Assembly: GCA_964016885.1 (NCBI GenBank)
Contig: OZ024744.1
Location: 9,920,001-9,984,000 of the forward strand
Direction of reading: 5' to 3'
DNA length: 64,000 nucleotides
Origin: Eledone cirrhosa
Lineage: Eukaryota
The translations under genes were made by a program, and so were the position numbers. The notes under the pieces were generated by a model. The model was not told where the DNA came from, made no database searches, and saw nothing but the letters and a program-made list of their open reading frames with translations. The first letter of the stretch is position 1, and each line of letters opens with the position of its first letter. This document shows positions 1 to 12,199 of the stretch, piece after piece.

Positions 1-560
1 TTGTGACACCTACATGACCACTTTACAGTGTGAACTGGGTACTTCTTGTCATGACACCTATATGACTACTTTACAGTGTGTACTGGGTACCTTTTGTTAT
101 GACACCTACATGACCACTTTACAGTGTGGATTGGGTACTTCTTGTCATGACACCTACATGACTACTTTACAGTGTGTACTGGGTACCTTTTGTTATGACA
201 CCTACATGACCACTTTACAGTGTGGATTGGGTACTTCTTGTCATGACACCTACATGACTACTTTACAGTGTGTACTGGGTACCTTTTGTTGTGACACCTA
301 CATGACCACTTTACAGTGTGGATTGGGTACTTCTTGTCATGACACCTATATGACTACTTTACAGTGTGTACTGGGTACCTTTTGTTGTGACACCTACATG
401 ACCACGTTACAGTGTGGACTGGGTACTTTTTGTCGTGACACCGACACAACCCCACTTTACAGTATGGACTAGGCGCATTTTGTTGTAACACCTACATGAC
501 CAATTTACAGTGTGGGCTGGGTGTTTTTTTTTGTTTATGACACCTATACAACCACTACAG
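1..560. repeat. 48-bp minisatellite with alternating A/B units (96-bp dimer), in the 3' UTR of the minus-strand RTE that follows
   Basis: GACACC recurs at 5, 53, 101 and onward (period 48); units alternate gtacttcttgtcat and gtaccttttgtt; the reverse complement resembles the RTE 3' UTR unit at ~63830-63930. Confidence 0.85.
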
Positions 561-1559
561 TGGGAGTTTCATGGGGGCATATTGTCTATATGCTTCAGCT
601 TCGGCTTGTACCGGTTGAAACTGGGGTCTTTTGTATTACTGCGTGACGCCAGAGGTCCTGTGACATTGCCTATGAGAGGTGCAATTGGGCAACCTCATCC
701 CGGTTCTTCTTGGGTTTCCCCACTCCAAGGCTTCTGCTCTGCACCTTTTTATGCAGCTGTCATCCTTCATACGCATCACATGTCCATATCAACGCAACCT
801 CCTCTCTTGCACACATTTAATTCCTCTTATGCTCAGTCTCTCTCTTAATTCATTTATACTTTGCTGTTCGCGTATATTACTATTACACATCCATCGGAGC
901 TTAAAGGCTTCATTTCGTTCTAATCTACGCAAGTCTTCTACAGACAGCGCCCAGCTCTCACCACCATGTAACACTGCTGTTTGTATACACGCATCATACA
1001 ATCTGCCTTTCATTTTGAGGGAGAAGCCTTTTGTAGCCAGTAGTGGCAGTAGCTCCCTGAACTTCTTCTATCCCGTTCTTACCCTAGTTACTGTACTTTC
1101 AGAACATCCACCTCTGCTGCTAATTCTGTCTCCTAGATAGCAGAAGCTGTCTACTGTTTCTACAGAGTCCTCTCAGAATTTGGTAGTGCTTTTTTCCTGT
1201 GGTCATTTGTTGCTTACAACTGCTACATGTGAAGCCTACATTCTTAACTAAGCTTCCTGAGATCGCATTACATTTCATGTATACCTACAGTTTGTACTTT
1301 GGGCAGAGGATAGAATTTCTACCCACACCTTTCTACACCTACCTGCGCTGTTAATACAGTGACCCTGGTAGCAGAAGCTGTCTACTGTTTCTACAGAGCC
1401 CTCCTACAGTTTGTTATTGCTGGTTCCCTGTGGTAGTTTGTTGCTTATTGTCCCGATGTAAAGCCTATATTCTTAGCTAAACTTCCTGAGATCCCACTAT
1501 ATCTCTTGTGCACCCATAGTTTGCATTTGGAGCAAAGGATGGAATTTCTACCCACACCT
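561..1559 (-). mobile_element. Decayed RTE LINE 3' fragment
   Basis: Minus ORF 789-1013 (MKGRLYDACIQTAVLHGGESW...LERNEA..LRWMC) matches the C-terminus of the RTE at 63128-63688; SRQLL segment is duplicated at ~1140 and ~1370. Confidence 0.85.
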
Positions 1560-2044
1560 GAGCATCAGAGGAATCAAATGCTGTGTGCAGGAGAGGCGGT
1601 TGTGTTGGTATGGACATGCGATGCGTATGAAGGATGACAGCTGCATAAAAATATGCAGAGCACTAGAAGTTGATGGAAGCCTCTGAGTGGGGAGACGCAA
1701 GAAGACCTGGGATGAGGTGATAAAAGCCGACCTTACCCAATTGCACCCCTCAAAGGCGATGACACAGGACTTCTGGCTTCACGCAGTAATACAGAAGACC
1801 CGAGCCTCCACAGGTACAAGCCGGAGCTGAAGCATATAGATAATAATCCCCCATCCCCTCTCACTACAAAGTGGTCGTGGAGGTGTCACAACAAAAAGTA
1901 CTCAGTACACCCTATTAAAGTGGTCACGTGGGTGTCACAACAAAAAAGCAGCCAGTCCACACTGTAAAGTGGACGTGTAGGCACCACAGTAAAAAAGCAC
2001 CCAGCACTCACTGTAAATGAGGTTGGTGTTAGGAAAGCATCCAT
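1560..2044 (+). mobile_element. RTE LINE 3' end and UTR, joined to the SINE that follows
   Basis: Encodes GIKCCVQERRLCWYGHAMRMKDDSCIK..KKTWDEVIK, followed by the RTE 3' UTR with ~48-bp units. Confidence 0.8.
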
Positions 2045-2431
2045 GGAGGCACATGGCTCAGTGGTTAAAGCATTGGCCTTGCAATCGAAGGGTTGTGAGT
2101 TCAATTCTCAGACCGGGTGATGTGTTGTTTCCTTGAGCAAGACACTTTATTTCACATTGCTCCAGTTTACTCGGCTGTAGAAATGAGATGGTAGGGACTG
2201 GGGTCCATATCATTCCACTGCAAAGTGGTCGTGGAGGTGCCACGGCAAAAAGCACCCAGCACTCACTGTAAATGAGGTTGGTGTTAGGAAGGGCATCCAC
2301 CTGTAGAAATCAAGCCAGAATCAGTTCCTGTATGAGCAAGACAAGGTCAGCCGACTGGACATTGCCCACAACAAGACAACCTGTCTAACCCATGCTAGTG
2401 TGGAAGAATGGATGTAAAATGGTGATGATGA
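2045..2431 (+). mobile_element. tRNA-derived CORE-like SINE with an RTE-derived 3' tail
   Basis: A box TGGCTCAGTGG and B box GAGTTCAATTC; central ccttgagcaagacacttt...cagtttactcggctgtagaaatgag resembles the CORE/MIR domain; tail ends aacccatgctag...(GAT)n. Confidence 0.8.
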
Positions 2432-2550
2432 CCTTTCCTACATACTGAGCAAATAATATTTTCGTATTCAACTTTCCTTCCATTTTTCTCTGTCCCTGCT
2501 TCCTTGTGGGTGGCAGTAAGTTACTAGATCATCACAACATCATCATAATT

Positions 2551-3170
2551 ATCATCACCTTTTTATGTGCTTTCTTCCACGCTAGCATGGGTTAGACAGG
2601 TTGTCCTGTTGTAGGCAGTGCCCGGTTGGCTGACCTTGTCTTGCTCATATGTGAACTGATTCTGGCTTCATTTCAACAGCTGGATGCCCTTCCTAACACC
2701 AACCTCATTTACAGTGAGTGCTGGGTGCTTTTTTGCCGTGGCACGTCCACGACCACTTTTCAGTGGAATGATAGGGACCCCAGTCCCTATCATCTCATTT
2801 CTACAGCTGAGTAAACTGGAGCAATGTGAAATAAAGTGTCTTGCTCAAGGAAACAACTCATCACCCAGTTTCGGTTTGAGAATTGAACTCACAACCTTTC
2901 GATTGCAAGGCCAATGCTCTAACCACTAAGCCATGTGCCTCCATGGATGCCCTTCCTAACACCAACCTCATTTACAGTGAGTGCTAGGTGCTTTTTTTCC
3001 GTGGCGCCTACACGTCCACTTTACAGTGTGGGCTGGGTACTTTTTGTTGTGACACCCCCACGACCACTTTGCAGTGGGAGGGAGTGGGGGCATATTGTCT
3101 ATATGCTTCAGCTTCGGCTTGTACCCATGGGAACTCGGGTCTTCTGTATTACTGCGTGAAGCCAGAGGTT
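2551..3170 (-). mobile_element. Inverted second copy of the RTE-3'end plus SINE composite
   Basis: Diverged reverse complement of ~1775-2431; SINE head ends at ~2942. Confidence 0.8.
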
Positions 3171-3295
3171 ATGGTCCTGTGTTACGGTCCAGAGGTTACA
3201 GTCCTGTGACTTTGAGAGGTGGGGTGTAAATTAGAATATTTTACAAAACAAAACTAGGCAAAATAAGAAATTATTGATTTTCTGTCTGCTGTTTT

Positions 3296-4080
3296 CATCA
3301 TCATCATCATTTTATGTCCGCTTCTCCCTGCTTGCAAAGGTGGGACGGGTCCTATTCAGCACAGCATCTCTCCACTTGTCACGGTCCTTTGTCATCTCCT
3401 CGGTGAGCTACAGTGATCTGAGGTCTGCTCTCACCACGACCGCCCACGTTTTTCGTGGTCTTCCTCTACTGCGTCTTCCTTCAACTGGGATTTCTTTGCC
3501 CTTCTTTACCCAGCAGTCATCTTCCATGTGCATCACATGTCCATACCATCTAAGTCTTCTCTCCCACACACCACAACTTATCCCTCTTATACACAGTTTC
3601 TCTCTCAACTAATCACATGTCCATACCATCTCAGTCTTCTGTCCCACACACTACAACTTATCCCTCTTATACCCAGTGTCTCTCTCAACACATCACATGT
3701 CCATATCATCTCAGTCTTCTCTCCTGTACACCATAACCTATCCCTCTTATACACAGTTTCTCTCTCAACTCATCACATGTCCATACCATCTCAGTCTTCT
3801 GTCCCACACACTACAACTTATTCCTCTTATACCCAGTGTCTCTCTTAACACCTCACATGTCCATACCATCTCAGTCTTCTCTCCTGCACACCACAACTTA
3901 TCCCTCTTATACACAGTTTCTTTCTCAACTTGTCTATGCTTGGTCGTTCACGCACATTGACATCCAACGGAGCATACTTGCTTCATTTCTCTCCAGCCGT
4001 CGCATATACTCTGCAGTTGCTGCCCATGTCTCACTACCATGCAGCTTCGCACATCTCACACAGGCATCATATAACCGTCC
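3296..4080 (-). mobile_element. RTE LINE (second family) 3' fragment with an internal 5x 80-bp tandem expansion
   Basis: ORF 3408-3608 (RRLRWYGHV..GRPRKTW); (CAT)n tail at 3296; tcacatgtccata units start at 3531, 3611, 3691, 3771 and ~3851. Confidence 0.85.
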
Positions 4081-4267
4081 TATTATTATTGAGGGTTGAC
4101 ACATAGATAAGATTGTTTTCTTGGTTCAATGTGATTATTTACACTGCTTCATCATCATCATCATCACCGTTTTATGTCCGTTCTTCCATGCTAGCATGGA
4201 TTAGACGGGTCAATGAGTGCAAATATAGCTAATCTGAAAATTATCGGTTATACCAGATCATCCTGAC

Positions 4268-5081
4268 ATCATCATCATCACCATCATCGTTTAACCTCCA
4301 TCTTCCACGCTAGCATGGGTTAGACGGGACGGGAGTTGTCCCAATTTGAGGCAATGTTAGTCGGGTGACCGTGTCTCGCTCATATAGGACTATCTGGCAG
4401 GTTTTCTACGGCTGGATGCCCTTCCTAACACCAACCACAATTACAGTGTGGAACTGGGAACGTTTTACCGTGTTACCTACACGGCCACATTACAGCGTGG
4501 ACTGTGTTTTTTGTTGTGACACCTACATGATCTCGATCTCATTTATTTGGACTGGATGTTGTGGTACCAACTTTACAGAGAGAGGGTGGTGTTGGTGGGA
4601 GTTGGAGGATAGGGTAGGGGTAGTGGATTGGGGTGTATATTTGGTTAAGAGGTGCCTACTGACTAGGTTTTGCTTTGTACATAGGCAAGGTGGGTCTTCT
4701 GTATTACTGCGTAGCGCCAAAGATCTCGGTCCAGTGGCATTGTCTAAGGTCAGAATTTATCATATCGTCCCAGGTTTTTCTGGGTCTACCTTCATAACAA
4801 CCATCAATTTTGATCGCCCTGCACTTTTTTATGCAGCTGTTGTCTTTCATGCGCATCACTTGACCATACCAATGTAGTCTTCTCTCAAGTAAACAGCATC
4901 TGATCCCTCTTATTCCTAATTTCTCACTTAGTTCATTTATGTTTTGCCATTCACGTATTACACATCCAACGGAGCATATATGCTTCAATCATTTCCAGTC
5001 TGTGCAGGTCCTCTGCACACAATGCCCATGTCTCACTGCCATGTAACATTGCTGTTCCTATATAAGCATCATACAATCTGT
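4268..5081 (-). mobile_element. RTE LINE 3' fragment ending ~50 bp upstream of the cyclase splice acceptor
   Basis: ORF 4704-4988 matches the RTE C-terminus; 3' UTR and (CAT)n tail at ~4268. Confidence 0.85.
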
Positions 5082-5131
5082 CTTATATATGTATATTTTA
5101 CTCATTAACAAGATGTATTTCTCTTCTACAG

Positions 5132-6642
5132 ACGGTGTAACTGCTGAAGAGATTGAAACAAACCTTGAAACGATCAAGAGAAAATTGCAAATGCCTCCAA
5201 TTCATCCCTGCTTACTTACGTTTGACAACAAAGTAATTGAAAAAGAGCTGAACATATACAACGTTGTCGAAATGCCAGAGAAATTGCATGTCAAAGTAGA
5301 AGTTGTAATATCTTTTATCTTATTCTTTATTATTTCAATTGCTTCTTTTGTCATGTTTCAGCGAACTACGGCCTGGCTTGTACTTTTCCCTGTTTTTCTT
5401 ATGATTGAAATATTCTTTATTTTTAAAATTTTATTCCGCAAGAAGTACAAGTTTTTGCAAAACTTCTCTGAACGTTGGGTTGTGCGAAGCATTGAAGGTA
5501 CCTTTTTAGCATTCATCCCAGTTCTTGCTGTATTCTCAAACTTTTATTGCCCAGGATTTGTAGATCGCATGTGGCAGGAGAAATGTTTCTGTATTACTTT
5601 TATGATCGCACTTTTTAATTTCACAACTTTTACAACAGTAAATTCAATGATGAGGTCAATCATGGCTATAATCTCATTCTTTATCTTCCTTTTAATCCAC
5701 ACTCTGACTGCCTGTACACCAAGTGATGACATAGAATCTGACCTGTTGTATGATAACGCATCAGATATTGTTACTACACAAATGCCACTCCCTAATGCAA
5801 TCTTCAGCAGGTCGGATCGTTTCCTCTTCATCATAGACTTGGATTTAATGCTGCATCTTCTACTTATATTATTTTTAAATAGAGAATGTGAAGTTAGCTA
5901 CCGAATTTGCTATCATTGCGATGCTGAGGCCATCTCTTTTCAGAAAGATATAAAAGAAAATAAAGACCAGTTAGAATGGTTATTACACAATATCATTCCA
6001 GAACACATATCTTCGAAACTGATAAATGGTCGCTATTCTAAAAACCATCAGTATATTGGTGTAATTTTTGCTGGTCTTGTAAACTTTAATGAGCTGTATG
6101 AGGAATCTTATCAGGGCGGGAGGGAAATGCTGAGAGTTTTAAACGAATTAGTTGGAGACTATGAAGATCTCCTCGATGATCCACGCTTCAAAGATGTAGA
6201 GAAAATCAAAACTATTACTAGTACATTCATGGCAGCTTCTGGCTTAGATGAAACGAAGTGCCAACAAAATAAACATAAATATGCACACCTATTCAACCTA
6301 ATGCTATTTGCTATGGAGATGCATAAAGTTATTGAAAACTTCAATAAAAGTATGATAAACTTTGAATTTATTCTAAACATTGGGTACAACTTTGGCGAAG
6401 TTACCGCTGGGGTTATTGGAACAACTAAACTGCTATTTGATATTTGGGGAGATACTGTTAATGTATCAAGCAGAATGTACTCCAATGGAGCTGCAAGAAG
6501 GATTCAAGTTCCATCATCGAACATTGAAATATTATCGGAAATGTTTGACTTTGAATATCGAGGTACAATATTGATTAAAGGCAAAGGAGAAATGGGGACC
6601 TACCTTCTCGTAAAACAAAAAGAGGGAGCTAGCTGGTACTAA
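5132..6642 (+). CDS. ADCY9: Adenylate cyclase type 9-like terminal coding exon (second TM cluster plus C2 catalytic domain); upstream exons not seen in this window
   Basis: GVIFAGLVNFNELYEESYQGGREMLRVLNELVGDYEDLL, VEKIKT..STFMAASGL and VTAGVIGTTKLLFDIWGDTVNVSSRM are AC9-type C2 motifs; hydrophobic TM segments lie upstream; acceptor ttctcttctacAG at 5130-5131; stop TAA at 6640-6642. Confidence 0.9.
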
Positions 6643-6699
6643 ACTGATGACAATTTTATTGTTTAATCCTATTTTGAAAATACTTTTCTTTAGAGGAAT

Positions 6700-6705
6700 A
6701 ATAAA
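6700..6705 (+). promoter_or_regulatory. Candidate polyadenylation signal
   Basis: AATAAA 58 nt after the stop codon; weak evidence in such AT-rich DNA. Confidence 0.25.
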
Positions 6706-6784
6706 TTAAAAAAATATCCTGGAAAATATAACATAATAGCAGTATTCCTGCTGTAGATATCAGCTAGAAAATATATTATTGTTA

Positions 6785-7000
6785 CTAGCAGAAAAACCAC
6801 CCTTCAGGTGGTTTTTCTGCTAGCATGTGTAGTGTGCATATTGATATTATATGCAAATATACATGCATGTAGATATGATACGTCAAATAAAATCGTAATT
6901 GAGAATATACACAGAAATTGAAGAGAGACTGTGTTACACTGTCTTCTGTAATCAGTAAAGTAATTCATGATACATTTAAAAAAGACGATATTATATATAA
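6785..7000 (-). mobile_element. Non-autonomous Helitron family B, 3' part
   Basis: Terminal A|CTAG with hairpin ctagcagaaaaaccacc-cttca-ggtggtttttctgctag; homologous to 18288-18510. Confidence 0.7.
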
Positions 7001-7404
7001 AAATATATATAAGGAAGTTTTATGATTGTTTTTTTATGTCTCTCTCTCACAGATGTACACCCATTACGGTCTCACCTCATACCAGACAACACATCCAATA
7101 CAGTTGTTTTCTCTTTTATCTGTCTCTCTGTTAACTGTTCTCCTGGGCAAAGCCGGGTACCTCAGCTATTTGATAATAGGTCTCCCCTATCAGGGATAAT
7201 TTGGGCTGAACAACAACAACATATCTGGAATGTGAAATGTGGGTGACAATAGTTGCTGGACACTTTCTTCCATCCCTAAAAGGGATTTCTGAGTTAAAAT
7301 CCTGCCGAGATTAGCTTTGCCTTTCAACCTTACAGGGGTCTATAAAATAAAGTACCAGTAATGGACTGGGGTAATTGTTGGCCTTATGCCATTATTTATA
7401 GTTA

Positions 7405-7675
7405 CTAGCAGAAAACCGCCCTTCGTGAGTGTTATGATATAACGGATGCTAACCGGAAGTGTTGACATTTGAAGATTTTAAAAGAAGTGAATCTTAAAAT
7501 AAGCAATCATTATATATAAGAATATTTATGTTTAATGAACAGCTACGAAATTTAGTACAAAAATTATGTAACATTCATTCATTATTTATTCAAAGTAATC
7601 TAACTTATTTTACTAACGGGATAAAAAAAAATAAAACGGACACAATCCCGTACTCCTCCCTTTATTATATTATGG
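7405..7675 (-). mobile_element. Non-autonomous Helitron family B, internally deleted copy
   Basis: Starts actagcagaaaaccgcccttc; body matches 18560-18770. Confidence 0.6.
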
Positions 7676-7964
7676 TACTATTTTTCTAGGTGAATACTTG
7701 GAGTAACACTTAGCTATGACAAATCTCAGGTAGAATTACAGAATTCAGCAGAGAAGCCTATCTTTCATGTTTTTATTTGGTTACTAAATCATGTTCAGAT
7801 AGAAAGAGGCTCCATAGCAACATTTTTATTTTAGTTGGCAGTAAATACAATCTGTATCTTCTTTTGTAATCTATTTTAACTCAGCAGCTCATGTTTCATG
7901 TTGATCTTCAGCTGCAAGCTTCTATTGCTTTTAGCAGTGGATGTGGTTGTGGTGGTGGTGGCAA

Positions 7965-8465
7965 TCTATATACTACTAAAAGTCTGTGATTGCTTGCTTT
8001 CTTGTCTGTAATGTAATACAGCCAAAAGGGCGCATAATGGGAAAATACTTAGAAAGAAAGTCACCCCAGAAATGGGAATACAAATGGAATAAAACAAGTT
8101 TTGCATAAATAGGACCACGGGTTCCCGAGTTATGGGGTTTTCTGGGTACCTTCATAAACAGAGAAACAGAGAGAGAAAGAGAGTGGTTGTGAGAGAGACA
8201 GAGAAGGACAATGGAAGAGAGCTGGTGTTGTTGTGTGCATATATATATGTGTGTGTGTGTATCTATGACCAGTGCATATAGATCACAGACAACCACATAT
8301 ATATACACACACACACACACATATACATACAAACACACATATATAGGCCTTCCAGTTTCATTTCATATTATATACATGTCTGTATATTTTAATTATTTTT
8401 AAGTGAACATGATTTTTTTTAAATATTTGAAGTGAATGTGACCCAACAGGTCACAGGTGGTCTAG
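7965..8465 (+). mobile_element. Non-autonomous Helitron family A
   Basis: A|TCTATATACTACTAAAA 5' end; 3' hairpin gtgacc-caaca-ggtcac then CTAG|T; no TSD; internal microsatellites. Confidence 0.8.
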
Positions 8466-8688
8466 TGAAACACATGATACTAGGTAGATAGCAGAGGAAA
8501 CAGCTTTTTGAAAAGAAGCTTCCTGTTTGCAAGTCTTGCTACTTATTGTAGCTTGGAATGTGCTGGTTGAAGGAAAGGAAAATAAATTAATAAATGAATA
8601 AATAAAACCTTAGATTCGGAGACTGAATTTTTTTTATCAGAAAGAGAAATATTATTTTTGCAATTAATGAGATTATTATTATTAATAA

Positions 8689-9240
8689 CTAGACCACATG
8701 TGACCCTTCGGGTCACGTTCCCTTCAAATTATATTTAAAAAATTATTTTCACTTAAAATAATTTTTATATAATTAAAATATACACAGACATGTATATAAT
8801 GTGAAATGAAACTGGAAGGCCTATATGTATATGTGTGTGTATATATGTATGTATATATATATATATATAAATGTGTGTGTTTGTATGCATACATGTGTGT
8901 GTGTGTATATATGTGGGTGTCTGTGATCTATATACACTGGTCATAGACACACACACATATATATATATATACGGCACCACCACCAGCTCTCTTTCAATCT
9001 ACTCTCTCACAACCACTATCTCTTTCTCTCTCTCTCTGTTTATGAAGGTACCCAGAAAACCCCATAACTCGGGAACCCGTGGTCCGATTTATGTGAAACT
9101 TGTTTTATTCCATTTGTATCCCCATTTCAGGGTCAACTTCCTTTGAAAGTATTTTCCCATTATGCGCCCTTTTGGCTGTATTACATTACAGAGAAGCAAG
9201 CAAACAATCAAGCAATCACAGAGTTTTAGTAGTATATAGA
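8689..9240 (-). mobile_element. Non-autonomous Helitron family A, inverted copy
   Basis: Reverse complement of 7965-8465; hairpin gtgacc-cttcg-ggtcac; ends A|CTAG and TAGA|T. Confidence 0.8.
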
Positions 9241-9703
9241 TAGATGGTTTCATTTATTGGCCACAAGGACCGACATATAGGGGACAGTAGGGGTTTTACA
9301 CAAAAATTGAGTAAAAGATAAGAAAACAATAACAATAAAGAAAAATACAACAATGAAAATTCCCCAATAGGGAGGGGGGGGGGGGGTAACCACCCAGGGT
9401 TGACTCAGGCACCCCACCAACCCTGAACTATTTATTGTTTTGGAGGAGATTTGGGAGAATAATTAGAATATTGGAATATTGGAAAAAATTCTTGCAGTAT
9501 TTAATTATGGCCCTTTATATTCTGAGTTCAAATCCTGCTGAGGTCAACTTTGTCTTTCGTCCTTCTGGTGCCCAGAAAATTAAGTACAACTGAAGGACTG
9601 GGGTTGATATAATTGATTAATTATTTCTGAAAACATTTCTAGCTTTGTTTGAAGCAATTATTATTATTATTTAAACTGGCAAAATCATTCGAATATTAAC
9701 AAC

Positions 9704-10262
9704 AGGGTGTTCCGAGGCCATAGTATCTAGAATAAAGATGGGTTGGAAGAAGTTTAGGGAGCTGCTTGCTCTGTTGGCAATGAAGGGTTTCTCCCTGCGG
9801 TTATATGATGCCTGTGTAAGATGCGCGATGCTGCATTGTAATGAGACATGGGCAGCAACTGCAGAGGATATGCAACGGCTGGAGAGAAATGAGGCAAGCA
9901 TACTCCGTTGGATGTGCAATGTCAATGTGTGTGAACGACCAAGCATGAATGTGTTGAGAGAGAAACTGTGTATAAGAGGGATAAGTTGTAGTGTGCAGGA
10001 GAGAAGACTGAGGTGGTATGGACATGTGATGTGCATGGAGGATGACTGCTGGGTGAAGAAGTGCCAAGAAATCCCGGTGGAAGGAAGATGTAGTAGAGGA
10101 AGACCACGAAAAACATGGGCGTAGGTGGTGAGAGCTGACCTCAGATCACTGAAGCTCACAGAGGAGATGACGAAGGACCGTGACAAGTGGAAAGATGTTG
10201 TGCTGAATAGGACCCGTCCAAGCCTTGCAAGCAGGGAAAAGCGGGCGTAAAATGATGATGGT
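9704..10262 (+). mobile_element. 5'-truncated RTE LINE (second family)
   Basis: ORF 9738-10124 GWKKFRELL...RLRWYGHV...GRPRKTW; tail gcaagcagggaaaagcgggcgtaaaa(TGA)n. Confidence 0.85.
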
Positions 10263-10753
10263 GAGGACATGCAGTATATTTATATAGTTATAGTTCTTTA
10301 TGGTCTGTGTTCAAATCCTAGTGTGGTTACCTTTACCTTTCACTCTTCCAGGGTCAATAAAACAAAGTACCAGTCAAGTACTGAGGTTTAGTGTAATTTT
10401 CTAACCACTCCTCTCCAAATTTTTGTCCTTGTAAACCTATATTAGAAATTATTGTTAGCCACACACTCACACACTCACATGACAATAAACATACTCATAC
10501 ATACACTCACCACCAATAATATATATAGTAAATACAAAATACCCTAAAAAAGACATTCATTGAGAACTCATTGAAAAGGCTATAATTGTGTGGCAAAAGA
10601 CTTTGACAATTCAAATAATGGTAAAAAAATCAATTTTTTAATGAACAACAGCCAGTGCTTGTGGGTTTTGGTAGAATAACCTTCCTAAAATACAGTAATA
10701 TTACTAATTTATATTCTTGATATGAGAATCAGTTAATTTAATTATATCTAGAT

Positions 10754-11100
10754 GCAGACATGGCTGAGTTATTAAGAAATTAACTTTGCAATCAGGAAGT
10801 CCTGGGTTCAGTCCCACTGTATGGTGTCTTGGACAAGTGTCATTTACAATAGCCTTAGGTCAAATCATTCATTGTAAATGAAATTGGTTACATGTAAACT
10901 GTGTTGAAGTCCATTAGATAGATTGTACCTTTAATTCAAAGGTCTTGCTTTGTCACACACTGTAATCATACTAATTCTGTCTGAGAACTAAGTTAAGGGT
11001 ATTATATTCTGTGAATTACTCAGCCATGTACATGTTAATTTAACAAGTAGTTTTGTTAATAAAATGACTGTATGTTCCTTTGCCAAAACTGATAAAGGAT
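10754..11100 (+). mobile_element. Old tRNA-derived SINE (CORE-like); a related minus copy lies at ~23020-23167
   Basis: Head gcagacatggctgag...gggttcagtccc followed by cttggacaagtgtc. Confidence 0.55.
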
Positions 11101-11577
11101 CGGTCATTGGAAAGGCTACAACTGTATGACAAAAGATTTTAACAAATCAAATAATTTAAAAACAATTTCTTAAATGAATACACCAATGCATGTGAGTTTG
11201 AGCAGTATGACCCTCCTGAAGTGTAACAATAAAAAGGCTATGACCCTCCTGAAGTGTAACAATATTAAATATTACTATTTCATATTCTTGGAAATAAAAG
11301 AATTATTTAATTAAATCTGGAATTTACTAAATCATACCAACCCCTTCATATTGGCTATATGTGTTAACAATTACTTTATTATGCTTCTCAGACAAATAGA
11401 CTTAGGCTGAACAGGTGTGCAATAGTGGAGTGGAATTAATATTCCATTTCACTAACTTGTGTTTGATTAGTATCATTATTATTATTATTAGTATCATTGT
11501 TGTGGGGCAGTGGATTGGCAGAATCATTAGAGTGTTGGACAAAATGCAGTATTTGTTCCATATCCATATCCAGTTTT

Positions 11578-11955
11578 GGTCATCAGTGTGCTGCGGTTGT
11601 CCCGGACTTCGAGGTAGACAACACCAGGCAATGTCTCACAGCCGCTCTCCATAAATTTCTGTCCATAGTATTGACATCGGCCAAGTTCCATTTATACAAA
11701 TCACTCTTCACGCACTCCAACCATGTCTTCCTTGGTCCGCCGCGATCTCTAGTGCCAAGGATTACCAAGTGAGTGATGGAGTTGATGCATGACTTGGCTC
11801 TCTGTACATGTCCATACCAACAAAGATGTGTGCGAAGGACAGCAGTGATTTATCCACACCCAGCTTCTGGTGGAGTATGGTCGCAAGGGTCCCATCCTTC
11901 AATTTGGCGCCACAGATCCACCTAATCATGGCACGATCATTTCACCTGAGGCATT
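11578..11955 (-). mobile_element. RTE-like LINE 3' fragment (third family)
   Basis: GPRKTWLECVKSDL...DRNLWRAAV and an upstream WYGHVQR motif. Confidence 0.7.
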
Positions 11956-12199
11956 CGTGTGTACAAAAGAACTCTTAATAGCTTCACAAGACTTTTTCTT
12001 GTAAACAAACCACGGATTGTTTTGTAAGTAAGACAATTAAGGAACGAACACAAATTAATAACGACCCATCTTTACAATATATGTTTCTCTCTCTTGTTTC
12101 ATTTGTTATGTTTCATTAAACATATTTGAAAATGTTTCTTTTTTTAATGTTTTCTAATTACTTTTACAAATTTTTTTTTATTCACCTGATTGTTATTAT

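Noticed and set aside
14-472. 152-aa Cys/Thr repeat ORF, superficially a repeat protein or CRISPR-like array
   Set aside because: It is the translation of a 48-bp tandem repeat from a LINE UTR, with no unique spacers
2045-2115. tRNA gene with a TGC anticodon-like loop
   Set aside because: There is no proper acceptor stem and it continues into a CORE-like body and LINE tail, so it is a SINE head
5089-5131. ATG start of the 517-aa cyclase ORF
   Set aside because: The protein is only the C-terminal half of a cyclase; this stretch looks like intron ending in a polypyrimidine-AG acceptor
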